From Hamiltosporidium tvaerminnensis FI-OER-3-3 (lineage: Eukaryota > Fungi > Microsporidia): a stretch of DNA of 64,000 nucleotides. Shown here piece after piece: positions 1 to 10,811 of the stretch (its first letter is position 1; each line of letters starts with the position of its first letter). Below the pieces are notes generated by a model that had not been told where the DNA came from, made no database searches, and saw only the letters and a program-made list of their open reading frames with translations. The DNA lies in assembly GCA_022605425.2 (NCBI GenBank), contig CM061251.1, positions 682,001-746,000 on the forward strand, read 5' to 3'. The translations under genes and the position numbers were made by a program.

Positions 1-7
1 AGTTGAA

Positions 8-943
8 TTGGACTTTAAATACTTAAATGATTCTATTTGTTTAATAGAAAATACATTTATTTCTGTTAAAGGAATTTTAATAAATGAAATATTCCAAGTA
101 AATCAAGTTGTTTTGCCACAAATACTTAAAAGCAAAACGGGTGATTTGTCATTACAAAAAAACGAAAAAAAAATAATTTTTATTTCCGATTTTCTAATAA
201 ATAAAAATTATTTAAAAAGACTTGAAAATATAATTTTATTAAATTCCAAAGTGAATATAATTGTACTCATGGGACAATTCAAAGTAAAAAATATTTACGA
301 AGAAATCAAAGAATTTACTAACAAATTTATAAATATAAATTTTATTATTGTTCCTGATAAAAATGATATTTTTCCATCTTTTCTTCCCAAAGTATTGCCT
401 TACAATTTGAAATATAAAAATATTTATTTTACTACCAATCCTACCACAATATTTCTGAATGATAGAACTATTTATATTATCAAAGAAGATATTTTCAGAA
501 ATAATAAAAATAAATCCACATTTTTAGATACAAATTTTAAATCTAAATATAAGTCCTGTGATACAAATTTTAAAGATAAAACAGAATCATTGAATACAGA
601 TTTTGAAGACGAATCTATGTCTTTGGAAACCAACAATAAAGAAAATATAAATTTAAATCCTGAACAAAATATTCAGAACAAATCTTCTTTCCAAGGCACA
701 AATTTTAATACAAATTTCATTACAACTTATTTTTCTCAATACTCATTTGTACCTTCGTATAAAGAATATATGTCTTTTGATAATTTACCTGATCTTTTTA
801 TTGTTGGACAAAAATCATTCTCACACTGCCAAGAAATACGAAATGTTTTGTTTGCTTCCTCCGGTGAATTTAATAAAGAAGGTGGAACATATATTTTATA
901 CGATGCATTGCAAAACAAAGTAGAAATAAAAAGTTTAAATTAG
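8..943 (+). CDS. DNA polymerase alpha/delta/epsilon subunit B family protein, most like Pol epsilon subunit B (Dpb2/POLE2); 5'-partial at window edge
   Basis: Phosphoesterase-like B-subunit motifs: IIFISD, FIIVPDKND, NIYFTTNPTTIFLN, LPDLFIVG, C-terminal SSGEF..TYILYD. The frame is open to the window edge and the TTG at 8 is not a real start. Confidence 0.75.
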   Translation: MDFKYLNDSICLIENTFISVKGILINEIFQVNQVVLPQILKSKTGDLSLQKNEKKIIFISDFLINKNYLKRLENIILLNSKVNIIVLMGQFKVKNIYEEIKEFTNKFININFIIVPDKNDIFPSFLPKVLPYNLKYKNIYFTTNPTTIFLNDRTIYIIKEDIFRNNKNKSTFLDTNFKSKYKSCDTNFKDKTESLNTDFEDESMSLETNNKENINLNPEQNIQNKSSFQGTNFNTNFITTYFSQYSFVPSYKEYMSFDNLPDLFIVGQKSFSHCQEIRNVLFASSGEFNKEGGTYILYDALQNKVEIKSLN

Positions 944-1188
944 TCATACATTAGACATTATATGTAATCTAAATTACTATAATGGTAATCTAAACTGTAA
1001 TTCCAATAATTAACCCCAATTCTATTTCATTGGCAATATATTTGTTTTTAATTAAACTACTATTTTTAAATCATAATTGATATTATTAAGTATTTTAATT
1101 TTTTATTTCTTTTCATTATAATTACACACAGCTATTACAAAAAATAAATAAAAAGTTAAAATATTAAATAAAATTTACACCTTTATTT

Positions 1189-1581
1189 CTAATCAGTCTT
1201 TTCTTCTATAAAATTATTAGAATCTACTAAATAATAAGGATAAAGAAATATCATCCAAAAGAAAGAAAACAAAGCAATTAAAATTTCAAGTGATACTCTA
1301 ATAACACCAACACTCTCTTTAAATCTTTCAAAAATATATAAAAAACCTTCAAATAAAAAAGAAAGCGTAATTGTAAGATAAACGTATGAATGTGTTATTT
1401 TTCTTATACTTATTATTCGTGTAAGTCCTAATATAAATGATAAAAATATAAAAAGTGTTCTTTTATTTTCTATTGTAGGTTTAGTGTTGTAATTATCGTA
1501 TATTTCTTTTATAATTATAATGAAACGAGATATCGAAATAAGAAGTAACCATTTTGTTAAAAGACCTTTTTTGTGACGCAT
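1189..1581 (-). CDS. Erg28-like small multi-pass ER membrane protein
   Basis: 130 aa with ~4 hydrophobic helices. GLLTKWLLLISI, RTLF...LTRI and C-terminal FWM...YY follow the Erg28 pattern (LPKWLLFIS, RTFG...IR, LVWM...YY). Confidence 0.65.
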   Translation of the reverse strand: MRHKKGLLTKWLLLISISRFIIIIKEIYDNYNTKPTIENKRTLFIFLSFILGLTRIISIRKITHSYVYLTITLSFLFEGFLYIFERFKESVGVIRVSLEILIALFSFFWMIFLYPYYLVDSNNFIEEKTD

Positions 1582-2399
1582 TTATATTTTTCTTTATTGT
1601 ATATTGTAGGGTGTTAGTAATAAAGGAATATAGAAAATGAGATAAAATTTGAAAGGTTTTGTAACAATATAAGGTATAAATAATAATGAAATTTAGAAGA
1701 GGTCTTTAAGGAAATAAAGGGTGGGTTTAGTAATAAAGGAAAGAGCTATTTATTATGAAATATAAACAATGAGATAGAAGACAATTAGTGATGTTTATAA
1801 TAAAGGAAGGTGTAAGTTATGAAGATAATTGATACTTTTATATAGTTTAATAAATTTTATTTTTTCTACCCTTGAGAAGTAAATGTTATTTTTTTTAGAA
1901 TTATAGGAAGAGCTATAAAATTTTAAGAAAACGAATTTATATTGTAATTCCTAGAGTATGATTCTGGAGGAACTACTAATCGTCTAGAAGACTCGAGCTT
2001 TATAAATATTTGGGAATAATGAAAAATAAAAAAGGAAATCAACACGTGATTCATATATTTACTTAGAAAATAAGCTTCAATTAAGGATTTAAAAACAATT
2101 TCACACCTATTTAAAGGCAAGCAACATATTTAATGCAATTAATTAACTTGCAATATCCGATTCAAATCAGATAAGATATCTGTCCAGAAAAACTGATTAT
2201 ACTGAGTTCAATTAGTTGATACATACGGTGTTTATAAGGAATAATTACATATTAAATTAGAATGTAAGACGAGCCTAAAGTTATATATCTAGATACGAAA
2301 GAGGTCTTCATAGTTTCTAGTTGGGAAGTGAATATTTTTTTCTCAACTTTTGTATAGTTTGGGAATGAATAAAGAAAATATCTAGATAAAAAACAACAA

Positions 2400-2700
2400 T
2401 CATAAAATTAAAAGATATATAGCACCTGCTTGCACCGATAAAATACTTTCTTATACAAGCCAAATATAAGATTTGGACAGAGAGGCGATCCAAAAACTCG
2501 AAAAGTTTTATATCAAAATATAAAACAGAAAATTACATTCAAAGTTATATAAAGTTGGAGACAATGAACTGATTGGTGAAAATAAATACTTCAAAAAGCA
2601 TAATAAAAGACTATAAACCCTTGAAGTGCGAGCTTTTGTTATATCGGGAATAAAGAAACTGTCAATGTTCGAAAGGTTTAGAAGGTATTAGCATACTTGG
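2400..2700 (+). pseudogene. Highly decayed fragment of the R4-like non-LTR family (post-RT region)
   Basis: ttacattcaaagttatataaagttggagacaatgaactg parallels LHSKLYSARNNEL of the intact ORF. Many stops and frameshifts. Confidence 0.45.
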
Positions 2701-3222
2701 ACTATTCGTCGAAAAGGGCACTTGGAGACCGTATTATACATAAATGTGTAGGTTTTGTGTCCATTTCTTTTATCTGTATTTATTCAATCGGGCAATGAAA
2801 CGACAATTGTCTCGGTTCATCTTGAAATGTGCAGTAGGTCAAAAAAATGTAGGACACCAATAATAGTGTTCTGATCCAGAAATTGAGTCTTGTGATTTGT
2901 TCAAAAATCTTAAAATACCAATAATGACGTATAGAGGTACGACATAAAACATTTAAAAGGTTTGATTGAGCAAAAAAAATTTCATATAGACTATTATGAA
3001 AATGTTTTATAGATGCTATAGTGAATCAATAACGACACCTGCCGTAATTTTCGGGAATGGAGCTAAGTCTGAAGAAGTCTCTAACAAGAAGATCGTCTTC
3101 CCGCTCACAGTTCCTCTGTTATTGCTTAAAGAATTGTTTTTGTACGTAGAATAATCGTCTTTATTAATTTTATTCGCCATGTCGCACACCCCTCCTTTTA
3201 AATTAAAATATAAAATAATTTT

Positions 3223-3878
3223 TCATTTAATCAAATTCTGGGTTAAAATATTTTTTACCATTTTTATATGTTTTCTTCTACCTCTTTAACCATTTTTGTT
3301 TCTTTTCTAAATCTGACTCTTCAGTTATGTTTATGGTCGGTTCCATTAACGCGGTTATTTCTTGCGAAGAAAGGCCTTTATTTTTTAAGTTTAAAAATTT
3401 TTAACACCATCTTCATCTCTCTTCGCTTCTTTTTAAGAAGGTGTTGATTACGCATGAATCTCTGCTCTCATAATAACACCCATTGACGCTCTCTTCCAGC
3501 TCTCTTCGGCATTTAGTCCTGATTCAAGTCCTCTTCGTCGATCAAAAGAAATTGTTTCGAATGTCTTCCTAAATACTATAGACTGAATGTATGCCTCTAC
3601 ATTCATGGGTATATCTAGTCTTTTAAGATGTGATTTATGGTATTTTGTCACAATACCGTCCCAGATCATCACATAAGGGATTATCTCAACACTATATTAA
3701 TATTTAAGACCCAACTCATTGGCTAACAGGTCATACTTCCTAAGTATTTAGTTTCAACTATTTGAAGTGAATCATGGGAAGTGATTTCTACTTCAATGAG
3801 TGTTATCTTATTCTTCTTCTTATCTAAAATAAATATGTCGGGTCTGTTATTCTGAATTTTAACATCAGTTTTTATTCT
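3223..3878 (-). mobile_element. 5'-truncated copy of R4/Dong-like RLE non-LTR retrotransposon (endonuclease region, acidic tail and 3' end)
   Basis: Translates to WDGIVTKYHK...IPMNVEAYIQSIV..KT.ETISFDRRRGLESG, like the intact ORF. Shares the 3' terminal ...AACCCAGAATTT.ATTAAAT. Possible TSD AAATAATTTTT (3212-3222 and 3894-3904). Confidence 0.9.
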
Positions 3879-4118
3879 AGAAAACTCGTACACAAATAAT
3901 TTTTTATTAATTCATATTAACTAATAAAACAATTATGACTTAAATAATTCTTCGAAATTTACGAATATAAATCGAAAATCCGCAATTTTAAATTAAAAAC
4001 ATGTTTTTTTATTCCCTGGAATGTAATTTATTCGATTTTATTAATAATTTTTCAATTAAAAATTGATTAATTTAATTCAAACTAAACGGTATTTTTAAAA
4101 CAATCTGGATTTACCCTC

Positions 4119-5894
4119 ATGAATATTCATGTATTGATTAATATTACTCAATTTTTAACTTTTAATAGATCAGCCGAACTATATTTCCAAACATTAGGAG
4201 CAAATACTGAAGAAATTCCATATATAAATCAAAGTTTGCCGATGTTTGGTACACCACTTTTATATTTACCTGTTTCCTCTTATTATGGTCCTGGCTATTA
4301 TTTTTTTAATTCACAAGCCATACCTTCTTATACAGGTTATATTGGTTTAATTGGAAATAATATAAGTTTGCCGTGTTCGTCATCAAATTACAATTATAAT
4401 ACACCTGTAATAGGCGATAATGCCCCACTATATTCCCAAAACGAACATTCTTGTAATAATCAAGTAAATACAAATAGTTCGGTAGTAGTAACAAATTCAG
4501 TTGAAACCAGTTATACAGAAGAACCTTTTGAGAGGAGTGCCTATGCATATACAAACAATTCAAATTCAACAAATTTCAAAGTCCCGGTTGCAATCGAAAA
4601 TAAAGATAGCCTATGCAATACAACAAACATTGTACCTGAAAATACATCAGAATGTAAAGATTTTACAGATCAATACATGCCCAAACGACGATACGCGATT
4701 TTAAATAGAGATAATATGTGTTTTTTAGAAACATATAAGTATGAAACATTTGAAATTTTACAGAATATTTATTCCGGACGTCGAATTTCTAGACTTGAAA
4801 ATTTATATCCGCTGATAAGAAATAACCTTAAAATTTATCTGAGAGGAGTTTTTGGGTATAGAAAAGATATCGCTGATATAGGCAATAATATAAAGACGTT
4901 GGCAGAAGAATTTTCAGATAAAATTGAATTTAAAATAGAATTTACACATAATCTATTAGCATTATTCAAAAGTGGCATATTTTCAATATTTTATGCAAAG
5001 AATCTACCTATAATCTATATGAAACCAACATTTTTACTTTTACCGATATGGATTGTAGAAACAATCGAAACTGATATCGCTCAAGCATATAAAATATTTT
5101 ATATTTCATGGTTTTTGCAGCTTATAAACGCGACAATGGAATATAATTACAGTACAATAAAGCCTTTTATTCATCAAGATATTGAGGGAAACAGCCGGGA
5201 TGAATTTTCTTCTATATTTCTTAAAAATTCTAATAACATTTATGATTCTTTTAGTTTTATAGCAAAATATGTTAGGAATATTTTTGAAATACTTGGGAAG
5301 CAAAAATTATATAAAATATTTAGTCACATTGCCGCCGTAGATTTTATTCATTTTCATTGTGATGCAGTTTTTTCGCTTGGATATAATTGTTCAGGAATTC
5401 CAGGTATCATATTTGATGTTTTTATATTGCTTTCGGATGAAAGTCTAGATCTATTGAATACATTAATTGATAAATATTTTCTTTTTAAAAAAATGCCCGA
5501 GAATAATGGTTGGAGGTTTAAAGCTTATATAGCAAATCAATTTAAATTTGTAAGCTATGATAACAATGAAAATATACAACGACTATATTATGACGTCTCT
5601 TTAATCTATAACAAAATTTTTTCAAGCCACGTTTTCTTCCATAGTTGTTTAAAAAATATAGAGGGTATAGATTTCGAAGCATGGATATCAAAAAGCACCT
5701 CGAATTTAACAGCAAAAATCACCGGAAAAAACTTACCAAGATATAATGATTATGTTCAATTTCTCGAAACGTGTAATATTTTTCTACATTATATTTCCAA
5801 GGTTGTTTTAAACCCAGGTCTGGTACCCAAGAAATTTAAAGATATAATATTAGCTAAGTTATTTCGACGCGTGAAAATAATATATTTTCAATAA
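4119..5894 (+). CDS. Hypothetical protein, possible signal peptide, N-terminal Y/P/S/N-rich region and helical C-terminal domain
   Basis: 591-aa ORF with CCC at 4114-4116 just before the ATG and a hydrophobic N-terminus. No recognisable domain. Confidence 0.75.
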   Translation: MNIHVLINITQFLTFNRSAELYFQTLGANTEEIPYINQSLPMFGTPLLYLPVSSYYGPGYYFFNSQAIPSYTGYIGLIGNNISLPCSSSNYNYNTPVIGDNAPLYSQNEHSCNNQVNTNSSVVVTNSVETSYTEEPFERSAYAYTNNSNSTNFKVPVAIENKDSLCNTTNIVPENTSECKDFTDQYMPKRRYAILNRDNMCFLETYKYETFEILQNIYSGRRISRLENLYPLIRNNLKIYLRGVFGYRKDIADIGNNIKTLAEEFSDKIEFKIEFTHNLLALFKSGIFSIFYAKNLPIIYMKPTFLLLPIWIVETIETDIAQAYKIFYISWFLQLINATMEYNYSTIKPFIHQDIEGNSRDEFSSIFLKNSNNIYDSFSFIAKYVRNIFEILGKQKLYKIFSHIAAVDFIHFHCDAVFSLGYNCSGIPGIIFDVFILLSDESLDLLNTLIDKYFLFKKMPENNGWRFKAYIANQFKFVSYDNNENIQRLYYDVSLIYNKIFSSHVFFHSCLKNIEGIDFEAWISKSTSNLTAKITGKNLPRYNDYVQFLETCNIFLHYISKVVLNPGLVPKKFKDIILAKLFRRVKIIYFQ

Positions 5895-7017
5895 AAATAT
5901 TTTAAAATAGGTTCCATATATGTTGTTAATGTTTAATATATTGTAGTTCTTTTTGTCTTACCTCTAAAAATTTCAATTCATTTCTATATGTTCATATTGT
6001 AGTCTATTGTATATAAAACAAATTTGTTTTTTTGCTTATATCAACGAACATTTATTTGAATATTAACTATATTGGTAAGTAGTATTTTCAAATATTGTTT
6101 GCTGTTCCTTTTATAATATACTCTATGATTGATTTCACTCTTTTTCTCGAGTAGATTTTTGTGAGTTGAAACATTGAATATCAGGAATATTTTTACGGTT
6201 AAAGGAAGTAACATTCTCAATAATAAATGTGTATCATAAGTTAGACTACGGTTTTTTGAGATTTTCGACTGTTCAAAAATCATTTCTTGGTTATTTTCTA
6301 AAGCTTAGAAGTTTGGTCAAAGTATATGCATTTTTTTACTAGAGAATTCAGTAAAAAGATTATTTTGATTAAAATATTTATGATATATTTTGGCTGGTAT
6401 TTAAAGCGTCATATGAAACTTTACAGAATACATGTTAAATATTCTATCGTGGGTTCTTTTAATTAATACTTTAAAAATACTGTTCTTCTTAGTATATAAA
6501 ATTAAATTCTCTAGGATTTAGGTGTGGATATTTGAAGAATAGTCGTGAGAAGCAATTCTTACTTTTATAAGTTAATATATTATTCTTTTTCTGAAAAAAA
6601 CATTTTTTGAATTTTATATTAAGGTTATAATTCAGTTTAAATTTTGGTCTGTGTTCATGTTTATAGACACTTTTTTAAAAAGTTTTGTGAACAATCTGAC
6701 AACCAGTGTTCCTAAGCAAAATCTTTATATCTTCATCTAAGATAGTCAGAATGATATAATAGCAATCAAGAGATGTATATATAAATTTATAGACTCTGTT
6801 TCACTTAGAAAGTTTTAGTTTAGATATATTTTTGTGGCTTTGATTTCACCCTATTTCCACGACAGACTATATTTCGATGTAGGTTCAACAAACATAGCTC
6901 CATCTAATAATTTATATTGTCTTACATAGTCGTTCCAAAGATAATTGTATCAGATTTGCTCAATTAGATAGGGTATGTTTTTTGATATGATTGATTTTAA
7001 ATCTTAATTTTCTATTA

Positions 7018-10000
7018 TTTATTTAATAAAATTCTGGGTTAACAAATTTTTCTTTTTAAATAATTCTTTCCACCATTTCAACCACTTCTATCTCTTCCTC
7101 CAACTCCAACTCCAACTCTTCATTTGTATTAGTTGTTGGTTCCTTTGCTGTGGTTATGCCATCCAAAATAAGGGGTAAAATATTTTTTGTATTTTCCGTT
7201 TTAACATCATCTTCCTCGTTGTCTACTTGCTTTAAAGGGGGTATTGGTTGTTTATGCATCTCAGCTCCTAAGATAACACTTAATGATGCTCTCTCCCAGC
7301 TCTCCTCGGCATTTGGACCAGACTCAAGTCCTCTTCGTCGATCAAAAGAAATTGTTTCGACTGTCTTCTTGAGTACTATGGATTGTATATATGCCTCTAC
7401 ATTCATGGGTATTTGCAGTCTCTTAACATACGTCTTATGGTATTTTGTCACAATACCATCCCAGGTCATCACATAAGGAATTATCTCTACATTGCATTTA
7501 TAAATAAGACCTAACTCATTTGCTAATAGGTCATACTTCCTAAGCTTCTCTGTTTCAACTATTTGAAGAGAGTCTTGGGATGTGATTCCTACTTCAATGA
7601 GGGTTATCCTATTCTGTCTCTTGTCTAAAATAAATATATCTGGTCTGTTACACCGGATCTTGACATCAGTTTTTATTCTGGTGTCCACTCTTATCTCTGC
7701 ATATTCGTTATCAAGAATTTCTTGAACTGAGTGGCTTCTAATTCGTTTCGAAGACTTAAACTTATATTTATTCAGCAAGAGTAAATGTATACATCGTACC
7801 ACTTCATTATGTCGTCTAGTATAGTCGTGACCAAGCATTTTTTCACATCTCGTTGCTAAGTGATCAACAGTTTTCCTAGACTGGTTGCAGTGTTGACACA
7901 TACCTTCTGCACCCCAGAAAACATTTCTATCCTGGATATAACAGAACACTGCTTCATCACGTGGTCTTACACTTCCTTTCTTTAACCATCTTGAGGAGTC
8001 ATTTACACTTACCAGCTCGTTATTTCTAGCGCTATATAACTTTGAATGTAGTTTTCGGTTTTTGATTTCGTTATATAGGTTAGCTAGTTGAGCTTCTTCC
8101 AATTTCTTTTTTGTGACTTCCTCTTCCAACCCGTATTTTATTTTTAAAAAGTTTTTAATCAGTGAAAGGTGGGTTTTATTATTATTCTCAACCTTTAGGA
8201 TTGCTGCTCTTCTGGTCGATGTATCTTTATGTTTTTCCAGACAATCCAAGAGTTGCAAAAGCATATGTTCGCTTTTGAACTCGACACTATGTAAACCTCT
8301 TCCAAGTTCTTTACGTGGAAGGTATAGACGTTCTTTGCATCCTGGGCGTAGATGTATTTTGTTCTTTACTAACACTGCACGCACCGCATCATCTAACTTA
8401 GAGAAGTCAGCCGGTTCAAGTTGGAGTACACCTATATGATAGTTTAGTAAAGAAATTGCATGTTGATTAATGGCTTGAAATAAATTTCTTGCATTTAATC
8501 TCGTGCGACAAAGTCTTTCTACTCGTGCTATAAGTTTGGTCTGTACTTCCTCAAACGACTTACTTGTTGGAATTCCTCTGCTATCTTCTATAATTCCAAG
8601 GTATTTATAAACACCTATTCCTTCAAGAAGAGTAGCAGTATCTTCACAACATGGATCATTAGTGGCTGACTTCTCTTTGTTAATTTCCAATCCTATATTA
8701 TTCATAAACTTTTTAACCTCCTCTGTCATTTCTTCCAATGTTTGTCCATCTTCGGCAAGAAGCTTAAGATCATCAATAAACAAAAGATGATTAGTCGCGT
8801 GGGATTCTGCATCTGTCTTTATTGTCACTTTTGTGTATTTCTCATTAAGCTTTCGGCTCAATGGATCCATACACAACACAAACAATAATGGTGACAAACT
8901 ATCTCCTTGCAGAATCCCTCTATCAATCTTCTTGCTCATGATTTTTTCAGGCCCTACTGATATATCAATTTTCCATTTTGATATAATTACCTTAATAAAT
9001 TTCAGGATCCAATCAGGTAAATTAAGGTTTTCAATGCATTGAGTCAAATAAGCATGATCTATTGAATCATAAGCTTTTTTGACATCAATCCATGTTGCCT
9101 TAAGATTGTTTCCGTACTCTTTATTAATGGCAATATTCAATAGGGCCTGTTCTTTCGCTCCTTGCACTCCTCTAACCGCTCCCAACTGATTATCTGAAAG
9201 TAATCCTCGTCTTTCCACCTCAACCTGAACCACTTTAGTGACACATTTTGTAGTCAGTTTATACAGGTTTGACATACAAGTTATTGGTCTGTAATCAGAG
9301 CCAGTCTTTGGTGTACCTTTAGGTATCAGATAAGTAAGTCCACAATAATACCAATCGGCTTGAGGCGTTCCTTCTAAACATATGGCTTTTACAATATCGT
9401 AAAGATATTTATGAAGGCTCGTAAGTTTCTTGATGTAAAAGTTATAAATACCATCAATTCCAGCGGCTTTCCAGTTAGGCAGCCAATTGATGATATCTAT
9501 AAACTCTTCAAATGAAGGAAACGTGGTCTGTTGCGTATCTGACACGAAAGGTATCAAATACTCATCATATGTAACTACTTTATCATTTTTATTCCACATT
9601 GTAGACCAAAATTCTGAAATTTCGTCACGATAAACCACATGCTCGGATTCAACGCGCTCAGATAACCCTCGATAGAATCGACCTCGGAATAACTCAAACA
9701 TACGATTCTCTTTTCGAAATTTTCTCCTACTTTCATACATCGTAATTTTTTTCTCGTACACATTCAAGGCCTCATTATTCTTAACCAAAGCCTCAGAGAG
9801 ATCATTTATTTTGCTTAAGTCTAAATTAAACTCTCGCATAATTTTTCTGAGACTTTTCGTTTCCGAAGTAGAGAGCTTTTCCTGCTTGCGAGCCTTCTCG
9901 AGGAGATCTTTGGAAAGTACTAACTTAGAAATTTTACATTCTATGTTTTCCTTCCAAGCGGATCTAGGTTTCTCCTTACGTGTTTCCTCGTCATAACATA

Positions 10001-10810
10001 CCTGGGCCGCCTGGATGATTCGAGCTGCATCACTAACATTCTTAGGCACATGAGATTCAGCATATTCACCTGTGATCCGATTTATGAGTTCCAAAACTTT
10101 ACTATCAACCAATTCACTTGGAAGTTTTCTAGTTCGGACCACTACATCTCCGATTTCCTTCTCCGAGAGTTCCTTGATTTTGCACAAGAACTTTTCTCTC
10201 AGGTTCATATAGAGTGTAGTGTCAGTTAAAGAACATGGCTCGGCGAGACAAGTGGCGATTCTACGTCGCTCTCCATTCTCTTCTTGCCTTATTTCTTTTT
10301 CTGCCTCATTATGTATTAATTTTTTTAACACATCGATATCAACAGTTCGACCAAATTTCCCATTATAGTACCTAAGAATTGCAGACCAGCCATTTCTAGG
10401 CATTCTCTCAAACCTTTTTTGCACCGCTGACATAGCAGATCTAGGCCATTCCTGCTCTACGGCTGTGACAGAGTCAAGTATTGAATGCAATACCATCAGT
10501 CGATTTCCTTCTGGAATGGCAGGTGCATTGAGGTTTTCCATTGTGTTGGCTGGTCCACACGCAGAAGAATCGGGACAGGAAGAAGGGAGTGCGGAATCGA
10601 GCAGGCTGATTGGAGTAGCCTGAAGCGTATTGCTCGATGGGGAGTGAGTGTTATTATAGATGGTCGGTTGTGGTGGAAGCGTCTCGGATATAGTTACTAC
10701 ATCTCTATCACACGTTTTTATCTCTTTAGAACTAATTTCCGAGTTGTTTACAGCATTTATTTCATCATTTTTTATATTTTCGCTGTCAACTTTTTTTCTT
10801 CTACCCATCA
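7018..10810 (-). mobile_element. Intact R4/Dong-like non-LTR retrotransposon (single ORF, RT plus restriction-like endonuclease) with 14-bp TSD
   Basis: TTAATTTTCTATTA occurs at 7004-7017 and 10811-10824, exactly flanking the element. The 3' UTR is short and ends in ATTAAATAAA. Confidence 0.92.
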
Positions 10811-10811
10811 T
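7056..10811 (-). CDS. Non-LTR retrotransposon protein: reverse transcriptase, CCHC zinc knuckle and RLE (PD-(D/E)xK) endonuclease
   Basis: RT motifs WKAAGIDG, LIPKG..DYRPIT, WIDVKKAYDS, GILQGDSLSP, LFIDDLK, YKYLG. Zinc knuckle CQHC...H....C, then RRHNEVV. RLE motif RPDIFILD...IEVGIT...EKLRKY. Uninterrupted 1251 aa. Confidence 0.97.
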   Translation of the reverse strand: MMGRRKKVDSENIKNDEINAVNNSEISSKEIKTCDRDVVTISETLPPQPTIYNNTHSPSSNTLQATPISLLDSALPSSCPDSSACGPANTMENLNAPAIPEGNRLMVLHSILDSVTAVEQEWPRSAMSAVQKRFERMPRNGWSAILRYYNGKFGRTVDIDVLKKLIHNEAEKEIRQEENGERRRIATCLAEPCSLTDTTLYMNLREKFLCKIKELSEKEIGDVVVRTRKLPSELVDSKVLELINRITGEYAESHVPKNVSDAARIIQAAQVCYDEETRKEKPRSAWKENIECKISKLVLSKDLLEKARKQEKLSTSETKSLRKIMREFNLDLSKINDLSEALVKNNEALNVYEKKITMYESRRKFRKENRMFELFRGRFYRGLSERVESEHVVYRDEISEFWSTMWNKNDKVVTYDEYLIPFVSDTQQTTFPSFEEFIDIINWLPNWKAAGIDGIYNFYIKKLTSLHKYLYDIVKAICLEGTPQADWYYCGLTYLIPKGTPKTGSDYRPITCMSNLYKLTTKCVTKVVQVEVERRGLLSDNQLGAVRGVQGAKEQALLNIAINKEYGNNLKATWIDVKKAYDSIDHAYLTQCIENLNLPDWILKFIKVIISKWKIDISVGPEKIMSKKIDRGILQGDSLSPLLFVLCMDPLSRKLNEKYTKVTIKTDAESHATNHLLFIDDLKLLAEDGQTLEEMTEEVKKFMNNIGLEINKEKSATNDPCCEDTATLLEGIGVYKYLGIIEDSRGIPTSKSFEEVQTKLIARVERLCRTRLNARNLFQAINQHAISLLNYHIGVLQLEPADFSKLDDAVRAVLVKNKIHLRPGCKERLYLPRKELGRGLHSVEFKSEHMLLQLLDCLEKHKDTSTRRAAILKVENNNKTHLSLIKNFLKIKYGLEEEVTKKKLEEAQLANLYNEIKNRKLHSKLYSARNNELVSVNDSSRWLKKGSVRPRDEAVFCYIQDRNVFWGAEGMCQHCNQSRKTVDHLATRCEKMLGHDYTRRHNEVVRCIHLLLLNKYKFKSSKRIRSHSVQEILDNEYAEIRVDTRIKTDVKIRCNRPDIFILDKRQNRITLIEVGITSQDSLQIVETEKLRKYDLLANELGLIYKCNVEIIPYVMTWDGIVTKYHKTYVKRLQIPMNVEAYIQSIVLKKTVETISFDRRRGLESGPNAEESWERASLSVILGAEMHKQPIPPLKQVDNEEDDVKTENTKNILPLILDGITTAKEPTTNTNEELELELEEEIEVVEMVERII

